20,329 bases of DNA from Candidatus Nanohaloarchaea archaeon (GTDB lineage: Archaea; Nanohalarchaeota; Nanosalinia; Nanosalinales; Nanosalinaceae), in NCBI GenBank assembly GCA_047617745.1, contig JBLGBN010000016.1:1-20329 (forward strand), in the 5' to 3' direction. Numbering within the stretch: position 1 is the stretch's first letter; each line of letters starts with the position of its first letter. Of this stretch, positions 1-8,592 are shown in pieces. The notes under the pieces were generated by a model that made no database searches, had not been told where the DNA came from, and saw only the letters and a program-made list of their open reading frames with translations. A program made the position numbers and the translations under genes.

Positions 1-749
1 TCTTCTTCAATTCTCGGTGCAAGCACGAAGCTTAGTCTTGCTTTGTCAGGGACTTCGAAGTTGAGTCGCATCGGGAAGTCGTTTCCGAGTCTCAGCTGTA
101 GTGTGTCGCTGAGCTTCTTTGCTCCTGTTATCGAGTTGAGGTAGTCGAGTGAGAACATGGATTTGCACTGGGAGCCGTCGATCTCCATCAATCCTTCGCT
201 TCCTTCCTGGATGTTGAACTTGACGTTGCTCTGATCTCCTTCTGCCTCGATCGTCAGAGAGTCGCCGTCTGAAGAGATTGTGACTGAGTCTCCTACTACC
301 ATTGCGTCCTTAATTGCACTTTCTAGGACAGAAGTTTCTAGTTCGGCTGTTACGTCGAAGTCCAGCTGGTCTGTTGAAGGAATGTCGTCTTCTGAAAGGT
401 TGAGGATTGGAAGTGAGAAGTCTCTAGTGGATGAGTCTTCCATTGTGATGTAGAACTTGGATTCGTCCTCCTTGACCTCAAATGTTAGTGTGTCGCCGGA
501 GTTTGCTCTTCTTAGAATCGAATAAAAGTTTTCAAGGTTCAATCCAACCTTTGTTTCCTCGTCTAGATCATATGTTTCGAATACATCTTCTTCTATCTTG
601 AAATCTACCAGCGCGACCATTGCAGGGTCTGCTGCGATTAAATGGATTCCGTCTTCTTTCAGCTGGAAAAGTCCTTCTGAAATCAGATCTGAAATGGTTT
701 TCATCGAATCCTGTACAAGTCCTACGTCCTCTAATTCTGCTTTAAACAC
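1..749 (-). CDS. pcn: DNA polymerase sliding clamp PCNA (stop codon lies just outside the window)
   Basis: Not in the ORF track; translated by hand from GTG at 749 (GGTGAG SD-like at 754-759): MFKAELEDVGLVQDSMKTISDLISEGLFQLKEDGIHLIAADPAMVALVDF...MFSLDYLNSI...LRLGNDFPMRLNF...LSFVLAPRIEE. AxDPAxVALV, FSLDYL, GxDxP and C-terminal LAPRIE are PCNA hallmarks. Confidence 0.97.
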   Translation of the reverse strand, partial: MFKAELEDVGLVQDSMKTISDLISEGLFQLKEDGIHLIAADPAMVALVDFKIEEDVFETYDLDEETKVGLNLENFYSILRRANSGDTLTFEVKEDESKFYITMEDSSTRDFSLPILNLSEDDIPSTDQLDFDVTAELETSVLESAIKDAMVVGDSVTISSDGDSLTIEAEGDQSNVKFNIQEGSEGLMEIDGSQCKSMFSLDYLNSITGAKKLSDTLQLRLGNDFPMRLNFEVPDKARLSFVLAPRIEE

Positions 750-763
750 TCATCTCACCGTTA

Positions 764-1099
764 TTATTCAGAGGTGTTAACAATTTTTTTAACTCTGTTG
801 TAGGTTTCCATATCAACATCCTCTAAGCTATGCACGATCTCCGCCTGAATTTCAAAGCTGTCAGGAGTGGGTAAAACTCTGCCGAGAACCCGGATCTTGT
901 CGTTCTCCTCTATGTTCTCAATATCATCCTCTTGCATGAATATTTCGACCGATCCTGTTCCGTCATCGACTGTAACCGACTCCTCCTCTACAGATATTAC
1001 TGTTCCGACGACACGAGCCCGGATATCTCTCTGTGAGTCAATATCTTCAATATTTTTCGGCTTTGCGGGTGCTCTCCTCTGCTGTTGTTGGTCTGGCAT
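764..1099 (-). CDS. Single OB-fold replication protein A small subunit (Rpa3/RPA14-like)
   Basis: Start moved to ATG 1099 (TTAAAA box about 24 nt upstream). RRAPAKPKNIEDI...RARVVGTV...VDDGTG...IRVLGRV...IQAEIV...DVDMETY matches the pattern I recall for Thermococcales RPA14 (RRKPAVERKI...LDDGTG...VRVIGR...YAEVI). Confidence 0.8.
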   Translation of the reverse strand: MPDQQQQRRAPAKPKNIEDIDSQRDIRARVVGTVISVEEESVTVDDGTGSVEIFMQEDDIENIEENDKIRVLGRVLPTPDSFEIQAEIVHSLEDVDMETYNRVKKIVNTSE

Positions 1100-1202
1100 A
1101 CCGAAAATATTTGGATTAAATGTTTTAACTATTCCGCGAATTAGTACCAGACCAGCCCCGAAATCCCGGGTTTCAAATACCGTCTTCCACAATAATTTTT
1201 CT

Positions 1203-1772
1203 ATGGACCTCCTAGGCAAAAAGGGAGAGGAAGCAGTCGACGAGCTGACTGATGTAGAGGAAAGAGTAAAGACTCTTGAATCTCACCTGAATGCAGTTGA
1301 TTCCGCTCTCCAGGACTTTGTGGATAACTACCAGTCTGTTCTGACCGACGAGATGAACTACCAGGAAGAGGAGCTGGACAGGCTGAGGGAGGTAATCAGG
1401 AGAGAAAGATTCGAGGAAGACGAAGTAGATGATGTAAAGAAAAGACTGAGAAGGCTTGAGACAAAGATCTCAGAGATAGAGGAAGGGAAAGAAGACAGCC
1501 TTGAAAGAATCCTCTATACTGTGAAGGATATACGAAGAAATATTAAAGATTCTAAAGAGGATATTTCCGCGCTGGAAAACAGGTTAGACGATCTTGAAAG
1601 CGAATTCTACATGTACAGGAATAACAAGGAGTACGATTTCGAGAAGAAACTTGACGAAAGGGATTACCGTGATGAAAAGAAGAAAATGGAACAGGAAATC
1701 GCCAGACTTAGAACCTCTGTAAGAGCACTGGCGGATGAGATAGATGAGGAAGATAAAATAGAAATTGAATAA
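1203..1772 (+). CDS. Acidic coiled-coil hypothetical protein (189 aa)
   Basis: Real start is probably ATG 1203 (MDLLGKKGEE); the 867-1202 extension is antisense to the RPA gene. Continuous heptad pattern (VEERVKTLESHLNAV, LRRLETKISEI, ISALENRLDDLE), no TM segment. Confidence 0.8.
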   Translation: MDLLGKKGEEAVDELTDVEERVKTLESHLNAVDSALQDFVDNYQSVLTDEMNYQEEELDRLREVIRRERFEEDEVDDVKKRLRRLETKISEIEEGKEDSLERILYTVKDIRRNIKDSKEDISALENRLDDLESEFYMYRNNKEYDFEKKLDERDYRDEKKKMEQEIARLRTSVRALADEIDEEDKIEIE

Positions 1773-1804
1773 TACTAGACAGATTTCAACTATAGGCCTA
1801 AGGC

Positions 1805-2155
1805 CTAGTCATATTCCTTGTGGACGTTTCCGCATTCCGTGCATTCGTAAAACCTTGTAGGAGGTTCATCTGAGCTTCTTGTCTGCTCCATCCACCATTC
1901 GTGCTCTTTTTCATCCTGTTTATCGTTTGAGCAGTTGGGACATTCTTTCATTGTTGTTGGTCTTGTGGTTTCCTGATCATCCTCCGAGGAAACATTTAAT
2001 CGATCCATAGGGTCTTCCTCTTTTTCTTCAGTAACCTTCATTTCATCGGCTTCCACATCTTCCTGGAACTCTCCACAGTTCCTGCATTTCATTTTTGATT
2101 CGCCGTTTGCTTTCTCTGAGACAAGCATTCCTCCGCATTCATCACAGAACTTCAT
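1805..2155 (-). CDS. tfs: Transcription elongation/cleavage factor TFS (RpoM/TFIIS-like)
   Basis: Two Zn ribbons (CDEC...CRNC; CPNC...CTEC) and QTRSSDEPPTRFY with the intact acidic DE pair. Confidence 0.95.
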   Translation of the reverse strand: MKFCDECGGMLVSEKANGESKMKCRNCGEFQEDVEADEMKVTEEKEEDPMDRLNVSSEDDQETTRPTTMKECPNCSNDKQDEKEHEWWMEQTRSSDEPPTRFYECTECGNVHKEYD

Positions 2156-2181
2156 TGTTGACCTGAATTACTTCCTGAAGC

Positions 2182-2187
2182 TTTAAA
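2182..2187 (-). promoter_or_regulatory. Putative TATA box for tfs (leaderless transcript)
   Basis: TTTAAA 26 nt upstream of the ATG at 2155, with no SD; similar spacing occurs at several other genes in the window. Confidence 0.55.
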
Positions 2188-2202
2188 TAGTGTATACCCT
2201 TC

Positions 2203-2709
2203 TTACACTCGCCGGCATGAAGGTGTATTATCAATGACAAGCGGACGATCTCCTGAGAATCCGGTCAGATCCATAGCTAGTATCTTGACAAGACCAACTC
2301 TGGGTATCGAAAAAGCCGTTTTGCCGTATATTTGGTCGGGAGTTATATTCTTCTCGAAATCATGCTGTCCCCGAGTATTGTCCCCCTTGGTTTCTACATG
2401 GCTGTCAGTCTTGAGTATAACCCGGTGAATGATCGGTATATTCACTTCAGGGCTTTCCGCATCATACACTATTACATCCCCTTCTTCAATATTCTCAAAG
2501 CTCTCACCCTCCACAATAATCACATCCCCCACATTATATTCCGGGTACATAGAGCAAGAAACAACTGTTACAACAGGTTTCTCCGTATCCAGGACAACTC
2601 CCGTCGTCTGAATTATTCCAAACGCAAGTATCAGGGCGACCGCAAAAAAGTAGAACTCGTTGAAAGCCCTTGACTCCTTAACTCTCTGCCACTGATCTCG
2701 GAGATCCAT
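2203..2709 (-). CDS. sec11: Signal peptidase I, archaeal/ER type (S26B, Sec11-like)
   Basis: N-terminal TM helix, then VVSCSMYP (catalytic Ser), GDVIIV, PIIHRV (catalytic His) and TKGDN. Confidence 0.93.
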   Translation of the reverse strand: MDLRDQWQRVKESRAFNEFYFFAVALILAFGIIQTTGVVLDTEKPVVTVVSCSMYPEYNVGDVIIVEGESFENIEEGDVIVYDAESPEVNIPIIHRVILKTDSHVETKGDNTRGQHDFEKNITPDQIYGKTAFSIPRVGLVKILAMDLTGFSGDRPLVIDNTPSCRRV

Positions 2710-2743
2710 GTGAACTTATTCGATAATCTTCTTTTATAACGGT

Positions 2744-3262
2744 TTAATCCCTGTTCTGAAAGGCGTTTCCGATCAGGTCTGCAGTTCTAACCGCCTCCGG
2801 TATATTACCCTGAAGTGTGGCTTTTTCAACAAATTTCTCTGCCCTGCTTTTTTCACATCCTGAGAACTGTATAAACAGATCTCCATACTGATGGACCTCA
2901 GGCAGGTTTTCAACTGTATCCGTATCCAGATTTATGGTTTTCAGGCCTTTCCGCACCGCTTCCTTATCCGGAGTATTATTCGTCACCGCTACCACCGGCT
3001 TCCCTGTCCGGCTGGAAACTGTTTCTATATCAGCTACGTTAAACCCGTTAAAGCTTACACCATCCAGAAAAATAGCTGCAATGTCCTGCTTGAAAAGGCT
3101 GTAAAGATTCAGAATGTCTTCGGTAGCTTCTCCCTTATCCGGTTCCTGATCTAAGATCTCCACCTGTTCGATGAACTCGGTTCCCCGGTAGGAAACACCG
3201 ATCAGTTTCCCGGCATGTCTTGGTCCGTCGTCAATGCCCAGAAATCTGAGGCCGTCTTTCAT
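2744..3262 (-). CDS. DUF99/UPF0215 family protein (endonuclease V-like fold)
   Basis: GIDDGP, DGVSFNGFNVADI, GKPVVAV and IPEAVRTADLIG motifs; usual position next to rpoL. Confidence 0.88.
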   Translation of the reverse strand: MKDGLRFLGIDDGPRHAGKLIGVSYRGTEFIEQVEILDQEPDKGEATEDILNLYSLFKQDIAAIFLDGVSFNGFNVADIETVSSRTGKPVVAVTNNTPDKEAVRKGLKTINLDTDTVENLPEVHQYGDLFIQFSGCEKSRAEKFVEKATLQGNIPEAVRTADLIGNAFQNRD

Positions 3263-3288
3263 ACCAACTTATTTTTTCGAAGAACAGA

Positions 3289-3531
3289 TTAAAGCTGGTC
3301 TTCAAGTTCGTCGAACCAGTCTTTTGCGGTCTCAATCGCGTCTTCGATTACCTGTTCAGGATTATCTGCCTCCACTACAAGGTTTGATTCTCCACCTAAA
3401 GGGTGTCCTGTATCGTAAGCTGCTTCTCCGCCGTTTTCCCATACAGCTTTCCTGATCAGGTTTGCAACTGTGTGGTTCTGGTCAACATTTATTACAAGTC
3501 TTCCATCTTTTTCGACTGTATCAAGTTCCAT
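3289..3531 (-). CDS. rpoL: DNA-directed RNA polymerase subunit L (Rpo11)
   Basis: NHTVANLIRKAVW...AAYDTGHPL pattern (HT-N-L...AY-HPL), 80 aa. Confidence 0.93.
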   Translation of the reverse strand: MELDTVEKDGRLVINVDQNHTVANLIRKAVWENGGEAAYDTGHPLGGESNLVVEADNPEQVIEDAIETAKDWFDELEDQL

Positions 3532-3547
3532 AGTATTATCCTCGGAC

Positions 3548-4147
3548 CTAATCTTTTTTACTGGTTATGAGAACTCCGACCTCAACATCTCTGGACTCTT
3601 CCGTGTGAAAGCCGTAGGTTGCCGGGAGCGAAATCTCGTATTCCTCCCATGCCCGGAGTTCATGGCCTGAGTTCGCCACAAAATCTTTTATAGCTTCTTT
3701 CCGCCCGCCGTAAATCACCGAGTAAACATTTTCTCCGGATTCTAGAGCCTTCTCGAGAAACTTCATACCTTCATCAGAGTGAACCGAGAAAGGCGGATTC
3801 ATCAGAACGGTATCATACTTGCCTTCAACCTCGGAAATGTCTTTTTCAATGAAATCAATGAATTCAGATACTTCGGCATCCTCAGCGTTTCCTTTTGCTA
3901 TTTCCAGTGCTTCCTCATCCTTGTCAACCGCGGTAACTTCCGCGCCAAGTAAAGCTGCTCCGATTGCGAATATCCCGGTGCCTGTACCCAGATCAAGTAC
4001 CTCTTTCCCCTCTATATCTCCCTGCATATGGGCGCTGTGGAGAATATCTGCCGCCAGCTCGGGCGGCGTCATATACTGTTCCAGAGAAATCTTCGGGTTC
4101 TCAAATCCCTTCAGTTTTGATAGCTTCATCGCGATTTTTGCTTTCAT
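3548..4147 (-). CDS. METTL5-like SAM-dependent RNA (N6-adenine) methyltransferase
   Basis: LEQYMTPPELAA, VLDLGTGTG (SAM motif I), MNPPF (motif IV), YGFHT. Confidence 0.92.
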   Translation of the reverse strand: MKAKIAMKLSKLKGFENPKISLEQYMTPPELAADILHSAHMQGDIEGKEVLDLGTGTGIFAIGAALLGAEVTAVDKDEEALEIAKGNAEDAEVSEFIDFIEKDISEVEGKYDTVLMNPPFSVHSDEGMKFLEKALESGENVYSVIYGGRKEAIKDFVANSGHELRAWEEYEISLPATYGFHTEESRDVEVGVLITSKKD

Positions 4148-5016
4148 TTTTCAAACCATAAGTCTGCTATAGCTGCGTCATCACTTTTCTTTAGAGCGTT
4201 AATCTCTAAATTTTCCTCTCTTTCTCTAAGTTTTTCCAGAGCATCCTTTACGCCTTTTTCTTCAAGAAATGCCAGGATTTCACCTTCATTTAGCTCCAGT
4301 AGTTTTTTCATACGTGCAGTGCCTCCATCCGTGCTCAGAACCACCCTCTTAACCTCTTCTCTTGGGTAGCTTTTCTTCACCCCAAGCTTCTCAACTGCGA
4401 GCGGGTTGAAGCTCATGTTGGGGTATGTTCCAGGAAGATTATGCGCAGAACGGTGCTTGCTTACTATTTCTCTTACTTCCTCAGAGCTTTTACCATATTT
4501 TTCAACCCACTCATCCCTCAGTTCATCAAACTTTTCATGAGTCTCGTTAGAATATGTTTCAACTCCTTCCTCTGTCCGGACATAGGCTTCAATATCTCCC
4601 ACATGCAGCAATTCCAGTTCATCTTTGTTCCATCTTACCAGCGCTCCTACAGCCGCCGGAACTGTTTCAGCCCTCTGGAGAACAACATTTTCACCTGAAA
4701 AGTAATCCTCAACATTTTCCTCAGCTCCATCCTCAAACCTATCCCATACAGAGGATATAGCTGATTTAAGCACCTCTTCCAGCGGTTTATTCGGTTCCTC
4801 CTCCAGAATTTTCTCAACCTCTTCGCCGAAATACTGGACATACCTCTGTCCCCCTGTTAGATCCTCGTTTGCCCCGAAATCGCCTTCCGTACCGCTTGTT
4901 CCATCAAGTATCAGTACTGCGTTTACACCTTCTTCAGGGCCTATCCAGAGATAGTCTTCATTCTGATCGGGAGATCCTGCTTCGATAATGGACTGGATTT
5001 CCGGTTGTTCGGACAT
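4144..5016 (-). CDS. PP2C/PPM-fold metal-dependent phosphatase-like protein
   Basis: Metal-ligand motifs in PP2C order: NED, ILDGTSG, HVGD, LSTDGG, SDDAA. Its stop overlaps the methyltransferase ATG (ATGA). Confidence 0.8.
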   Translation of the reverse strand: MSEQPEIQSIIEAGSPDQNEDYLWIGPEEGVNAVLILDGTSGTEGDFGANEDLTGGQRYVQYFGEEVEKILEEEPNKPLEEVLKSAISSVWDRFEDGAEENVEDYFSGENVVLQRAETVPAAVGALVRWNKDELELLHVGDIEAYVRTEEGVETYSNETHEKFDELRDEWVEKYGKSSEEVREIVSKHRSAHNLPGTYPNMSFNPLAVEKLGVKKSYPREEVKRVVLSTDGGTARMKKLLELNEGEILAFLEEKGVKDALEKLREREENLEINALKKSDDAAIADLWFEK

Positions 5017-5114
5017 ATTAACTGGTTGTCGTGAAGCTATTTCAAGGTTTTAGAACAGAGGTTCATTTCAGCCGGAAGACAGGGATTTAAGACTTGCGGT
5101 TTATCTAAAAAGGC

Positions 5115-6776
5115 ATGCCTGAAGAAAACAGTTTCAACGACCCGGAAGAACTTGAAGAAATGCCTAAAGAAGAACTGATCGAGAGGATCGCCGAGCTCCA
5201 GAGCGAGATTAAGAAGGAGAAAGCGGTATTCTTCGAGCCACAGAGAGAAATCATTCTCTCAAGACCTGAGGAAGAAACTCTAAACGAGATCTCCGAGATC
5301 GCGCATATGGATACCTCATCCGGATCTCATTACAAGTTCAAAGTAAAACAGATGGATATCTGGAACTCCGATCTCTCCCTGGAGGAGATGAAGGAGAAAT
5401 ACACCAGAATACTTGGAAACTATCCGAATTTCCTGAACTGGTTGGAGAGAACCTATGAAAGACAGGAAATCTTCTCTATTGAACACCAGGGAACCTATCA
5501 CACCTTAGAGGCGACAGATGAGGAAAGAATGGAGTGGGCTAGAAGTCTAGACGAGGTTCGTGAAAATCTCTCAGTCGATCTAACCGCGAAGAAATCCCGA
5601 ATTGCGATGGGCGCCAAGTCAAGGGCGAAGATCAAAGAAGTACTACTCAAGAAAGGGTACCCTGTAGAGGACAATTCCAAGTTCAGGGAAGTCGATAAAA
5701 GCATCGGCTGCGACCTGAAAGGGATCGAGCTGAGAGACTACCAGAAAGAATACGTTGAAAGAGCTTACGAGAAAAAAGCTGCAGTACTTGCAAACCCGGC
5801 AGGTTCCGGCAAAACAGTAACTTCAATTGGATTAATGGCGAAAATCGATGCACCTACGCTTATCCTAGTACCTCAAAGATCGCTCGTCGGCCAGTGGAAG
5901 AGAGAGCTTCTGGACAAGACCACTCTTACAGAGGACCAGATTGGAGAGTACCATGGTGACGAGAAACAGATGGGAGATGTAACTCTCGCAACGTACCACA
6001 TGGCGGGAGAGAAAACCTCGCTGTTCCGGAAGGAATGGGGCCTGATTATTTTCGACGAAGTGCATCACATCCCTTCCAAGCTTTTCCGGAAGACCGCATC
6101 GCTACAGTCCACAAGAAGAATCGGTCTATCAGCTTCACCTGTTAGAGAGGACGCAAAGGAGAGGGAGATATTTGCACTAATTGGACAGGAGATAGGCGGC
6201 GACTGGGCCCGTTTCTTCAACCAGGAGTATGTCCTGAAACCAGACGTAGAGATCAACTTAGTAGAATGGGAGAGCGATTTCTACAGAAACAAGTATAACG
6301 AAGCTTCAGGCTTCAAGAAATCGATTATCGCCTCGAAAAATCCAGCAAAAATCCCTGAGATCGAATCACTTCTTGAAAAACACGAGGGTGACAAAACTAT
6401 AATATTCTGTGACTGGATCGAACAGGGAGAAAAGCTTGCCGATGAATTCAATCTGCCGTTTATCTCCGGTGAGACCGATTTCGATGAAAGAGAGGAGTTC
6501 TTTGAGAAGTTCAGAAACGACGAGATCAAAACAATTATCGTCTCAAGAATCGGCGACGAAGGACTTGATCTACCCGACGCAGAAGTCGGAATCATTGCTT
6601 CAGGGCAGGGAGGTTCCCGGAGGCAGGCAACACAGAGAGCCGGAAGAGTCATGAGACCGTTCGGCGACGCACAGGTATACATAGTCGCCACAAAAGGCTC
6701 AAACGAAGAAGATTTCGTCAAGAGACAGGTCGAACACCTGAAAGAGAAAGGAGTCCCGGTAACAGTCAACGAGTAG
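5115..6776 (+). CDS. XPB/Rad25 (SSL2)-family SF2 DNA helicase
   Basis: LRDYQ Q-motif, PAGSGKT Walker A, DEVH, LSASPVRED (RED motif), DEGLDLP, QRAGRVMRP; TTTAAG box about 24 nt upstream. Confidence 0.92.
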   Translation: MPEENSFNDPEELEEMPKEELIERIAELQSEIKKEKAVFFEPQREIILSRPEEETLNEISEIAHMDTSSGSHYKFKVKQMDIWNSDLSLEEMKEKYTRILGNYPNFLNWLERTYERQEIFSIEHQGTYHTLEATDEERMEWARSLDEVRENLSVDLTAKKSRIAMGAKSRAKIKEVLLKKGYPVEDNSKFREVDKSIGCDLKGIELRDYQKEYVERAYEKKAAVLANPAGSGKTVTSIGLMAKIDAPTLILVPQRSLVGQWKRELLDKTTLTEDQIGEYHGDEKQMGDVTLATYHMAGEKTSLFRKEWGLIIFDEVHHIPSKLFRKTASLQSTRRIGLSASPVREDAKEREIFALIGQEIGGDWARFFNQEYVLKPDVEINLVEWESDFYRNKYNEASGFKKSIIASKNPAKIPEIESLLEKHEGDKTIIFCDWIEQGEKLADEFNLPFISGETDFDEREEFFEKFRNDEIKTIIVSRIGDEGLDLPDAEVGIIASGQGGSRRQATQRAGRVMRPFGDAQVYIVATKGSNEEDFVKRQVEHLKEKGVPVTVNE

Positions 6777-7166
6777 GTGAAAGCCATTTCACGTTCAGAG
6801 CCTTCTGGCTACGGGTTCTATATCGGTATAGAAGATGTTGAAAGCGCCTACTCAGCAGATATAACTCTGGATGATGAGAGAACTGTCACCGGCAGGAGGA
6901 AAGATCCCGCATGGCACGAATTCAATCATTACCGGAAAGTTAGACCTGATGAACTACATCCTCAGCTTTCCAACAGGATTCTCTATGACTCAGGGCTAGA
7001 TCCTTACTCTGAGAAACAGGAGATAAAAACAGAGTTTCTCTCCGAAGAGGGTTGCAAAGCTATCCGCGTAGCAGACTCCACTGAGGCACACTACTATGTT
7101 CTCGAAGAATCCGAATCAGAACTTTTCTCTGATCTAGACAGAATTTCAGAGAAAGAAGTATTCTAG
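6777..7166 (+). CDS. Hypothetical acidic protein
   Basis: GTG start directly abuts the helicase TAG; acidic composition like the resident genes; no recognisable motif. Confidence 0.65.
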   Translation: MKAISRSEPSGYGFYIGIEDVESAYSADITLDDERTVTGRRKDPAWHEFNHYRKVRPDELHPQLSNRILYDSGLDPYSEKQEIKTEFLSEEGCKAIRVADSTEAHYYVLEESESELFSDLDRISEKEVF

Positions 7167-7179
7167 AGCCAAAAAAGAC

Positions 7180-7551
7180 TTGAAACTACAGCCAAAACAA
7201 AGCATTAACGGGGTAGCGGATAGGATGAAGGAAGAGGTCGAAGTTTACTATTTTGAACCAGATGAGTTTGAGAACCCGGCTAATCTGAAGGATGTGCTGG
7301 AAGGGCTGGGAGAAGAGACAGATTTGAGATATCCTTTGAGAAATGAAATCCGGATTTTTGCAGAGCAGATAAACCGAGATTGGTCAAATGGTGAAATTCT
7401 TGACGAGGAGAGCTACGTCCTTGACGGAAATATATCGGCTGAATACCTCGAGACAGAGGAAGGAGTTTTTGTAGCCTCGGAATCCCACTTTCTGTCTGAA
7501 GAGACCAGAGCACTGGAGTCGAGATACGACAGCCGCGTTCCAGAGAAATAG
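7180..7551 (+). CDS. Hypothetical acidic protein (start may be ATG 7225)
   Basis: Very E-rich ORF co-oriented with its neighbours; no recognisable motif. Confidence 0.65.
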   Translation: MKLQPKQSINGVADRMKEEVEVYYFEPDEFENPANLKDVLEGLGEETDLRYPLRNEIRIFAEQINRDWSNGEILDEESYVLDGNISAEYLETEEGVFVASESHFLSEETRALESRYDSRVPEK

Positions 7552-7602
7552 GGTTCCAGGACTTTTCCCCATATTAAAAACTGTACAGCCGAACTTCTAT
7601 CC

Positions 7603-8592
7603 ATGACATTAATCAAAGCAGAGAATCTTGACAAGAAGTTCAAGATATACCAGCGAGGAGAAGGGATAACCGGCTACCTGAAATCATTCGTAAAAAGAGA
7701 ATACAGGGAAGTTCACGCCGTTAAAGACCTGCATCTTGAGATCGAGAAAGGTGAGATGATAGGATACATAGGTGCGAACGGTGCAGGAAAATCAACGACT
7801 GTCAAGATGCTGACCGGTATACTGGAACCTACTAGCGGAAAAATAGAGGTCGATGGAAGAAATCCGCATAAGGAAAGGAAGAAGAACGCGATGAACATCG
7901 GAGCGGTCTTCGGCCAGAAAACACAGCTCTGGTGGGATCTACCTGTTCGGGAATCCTTCAAGCTTCTGAAGGAGATATACGAAGTCTCAGAAGAGGATTA
8001 TCAGGACAGGATTGACGAGTTTGATGAGGTTCTACAGCTAAGCGATTTCTGGGAGCAGCCGGTCAGAAAGCTTTCGCTCGGTCAGAAAATGAGATGCGAA
8101 TTGGCCGCAGCCTTCCTGCACCACCCCAAAATTGTGTATCTCGACGAACCAACTATTGGACTCGACGTAGCGGTGAAGGAGAGAATCAGGGATTTCATCC
8201 GGAAGATGAACCAAGAGAAAGACATCACAGTAATGCTGACAACCCATGACATCGACGATATCGAAGATCTATGCGACAGAATAGTGGTATTGGACGAGGG
8301 AAGAAAGATCTACGACGGCCAGCTGGATTCGCTGGTCAACAGGTTCACTTCCCGGAGAATGATACTCGATGTCAGGAACGGAGAAAGCTTTGAACTGGAT
8401 CTGGATGGTATACAGGAGATCGAGAAAGACGACGCCCGGATAGAGGTTGTTTTCGACCGTGAAAAGATCTCAGCCTCCGAACTGATGCGGGAGGTACTGG
8501 AGCGATACGAGGTGCTGGACTTCCAGCTGAAAGAACCTGATATCGAGACGGTTGTGAAGAAAATCTACAATGAGGGACTGGAGGAGGAATAG
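7603..8592 (+). CDS. ABC-2-type exporter ATP-binding protein (COG4586-like)
   Basis: GANGAGKST Walker A, VFGQKTQLWWDLP, LSLGQKMRCELAAA signature, YLDEPTIGLD Walker B, TTHD. Confidence 0.96.
   Translation: MTLIKAENLDKKFKIYQRGEGITGYLKSFVKREYREVHAVKDLHLEIEKGEMIGYIGANGAGKSTTVKMLTGILEPTSGKIEVDGRNPHKERKKNAMNIGAVFGQKTQLWWDLPVRESFKLLKEIYEVSEEDYQDRIDEFDEVLQLSDFWEQPVRKLSLGQKMRCELAAAFLHHPKIVYLDEPTIGLDVAVKERIRDFIRKMNQEKDITVMLTTHDIDDIEDLCDRIVVLDEGRKIYDGQLDSLVNRFTSRRMILDVRNGESFELDLDGIQEIEKDDARIEVVFDREKISASELMREVLERYEVLDFQLKEPDIETVVKKIYNEGLEEE

Noticed and set aside
867..1202. N-terminal extension of the 301-aa ORF 867..1772
   Set aside because: Ser-rich antisense shadow of the RPA-like gene; coding character starts at ATG 1203.
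1793..1807. Tandem AGGCCTA duplication / palindrome between convergent genes
   Set aside because: Too short to distinguish from chance or a simple terminator-region feature.
6281..6787. 168-aa antisense ORF and the many similar S/F-rich antisense ORFs in the track
   Set aside because: Shadows of well-supported acidic genes on the other strand, with no motifs of their own.
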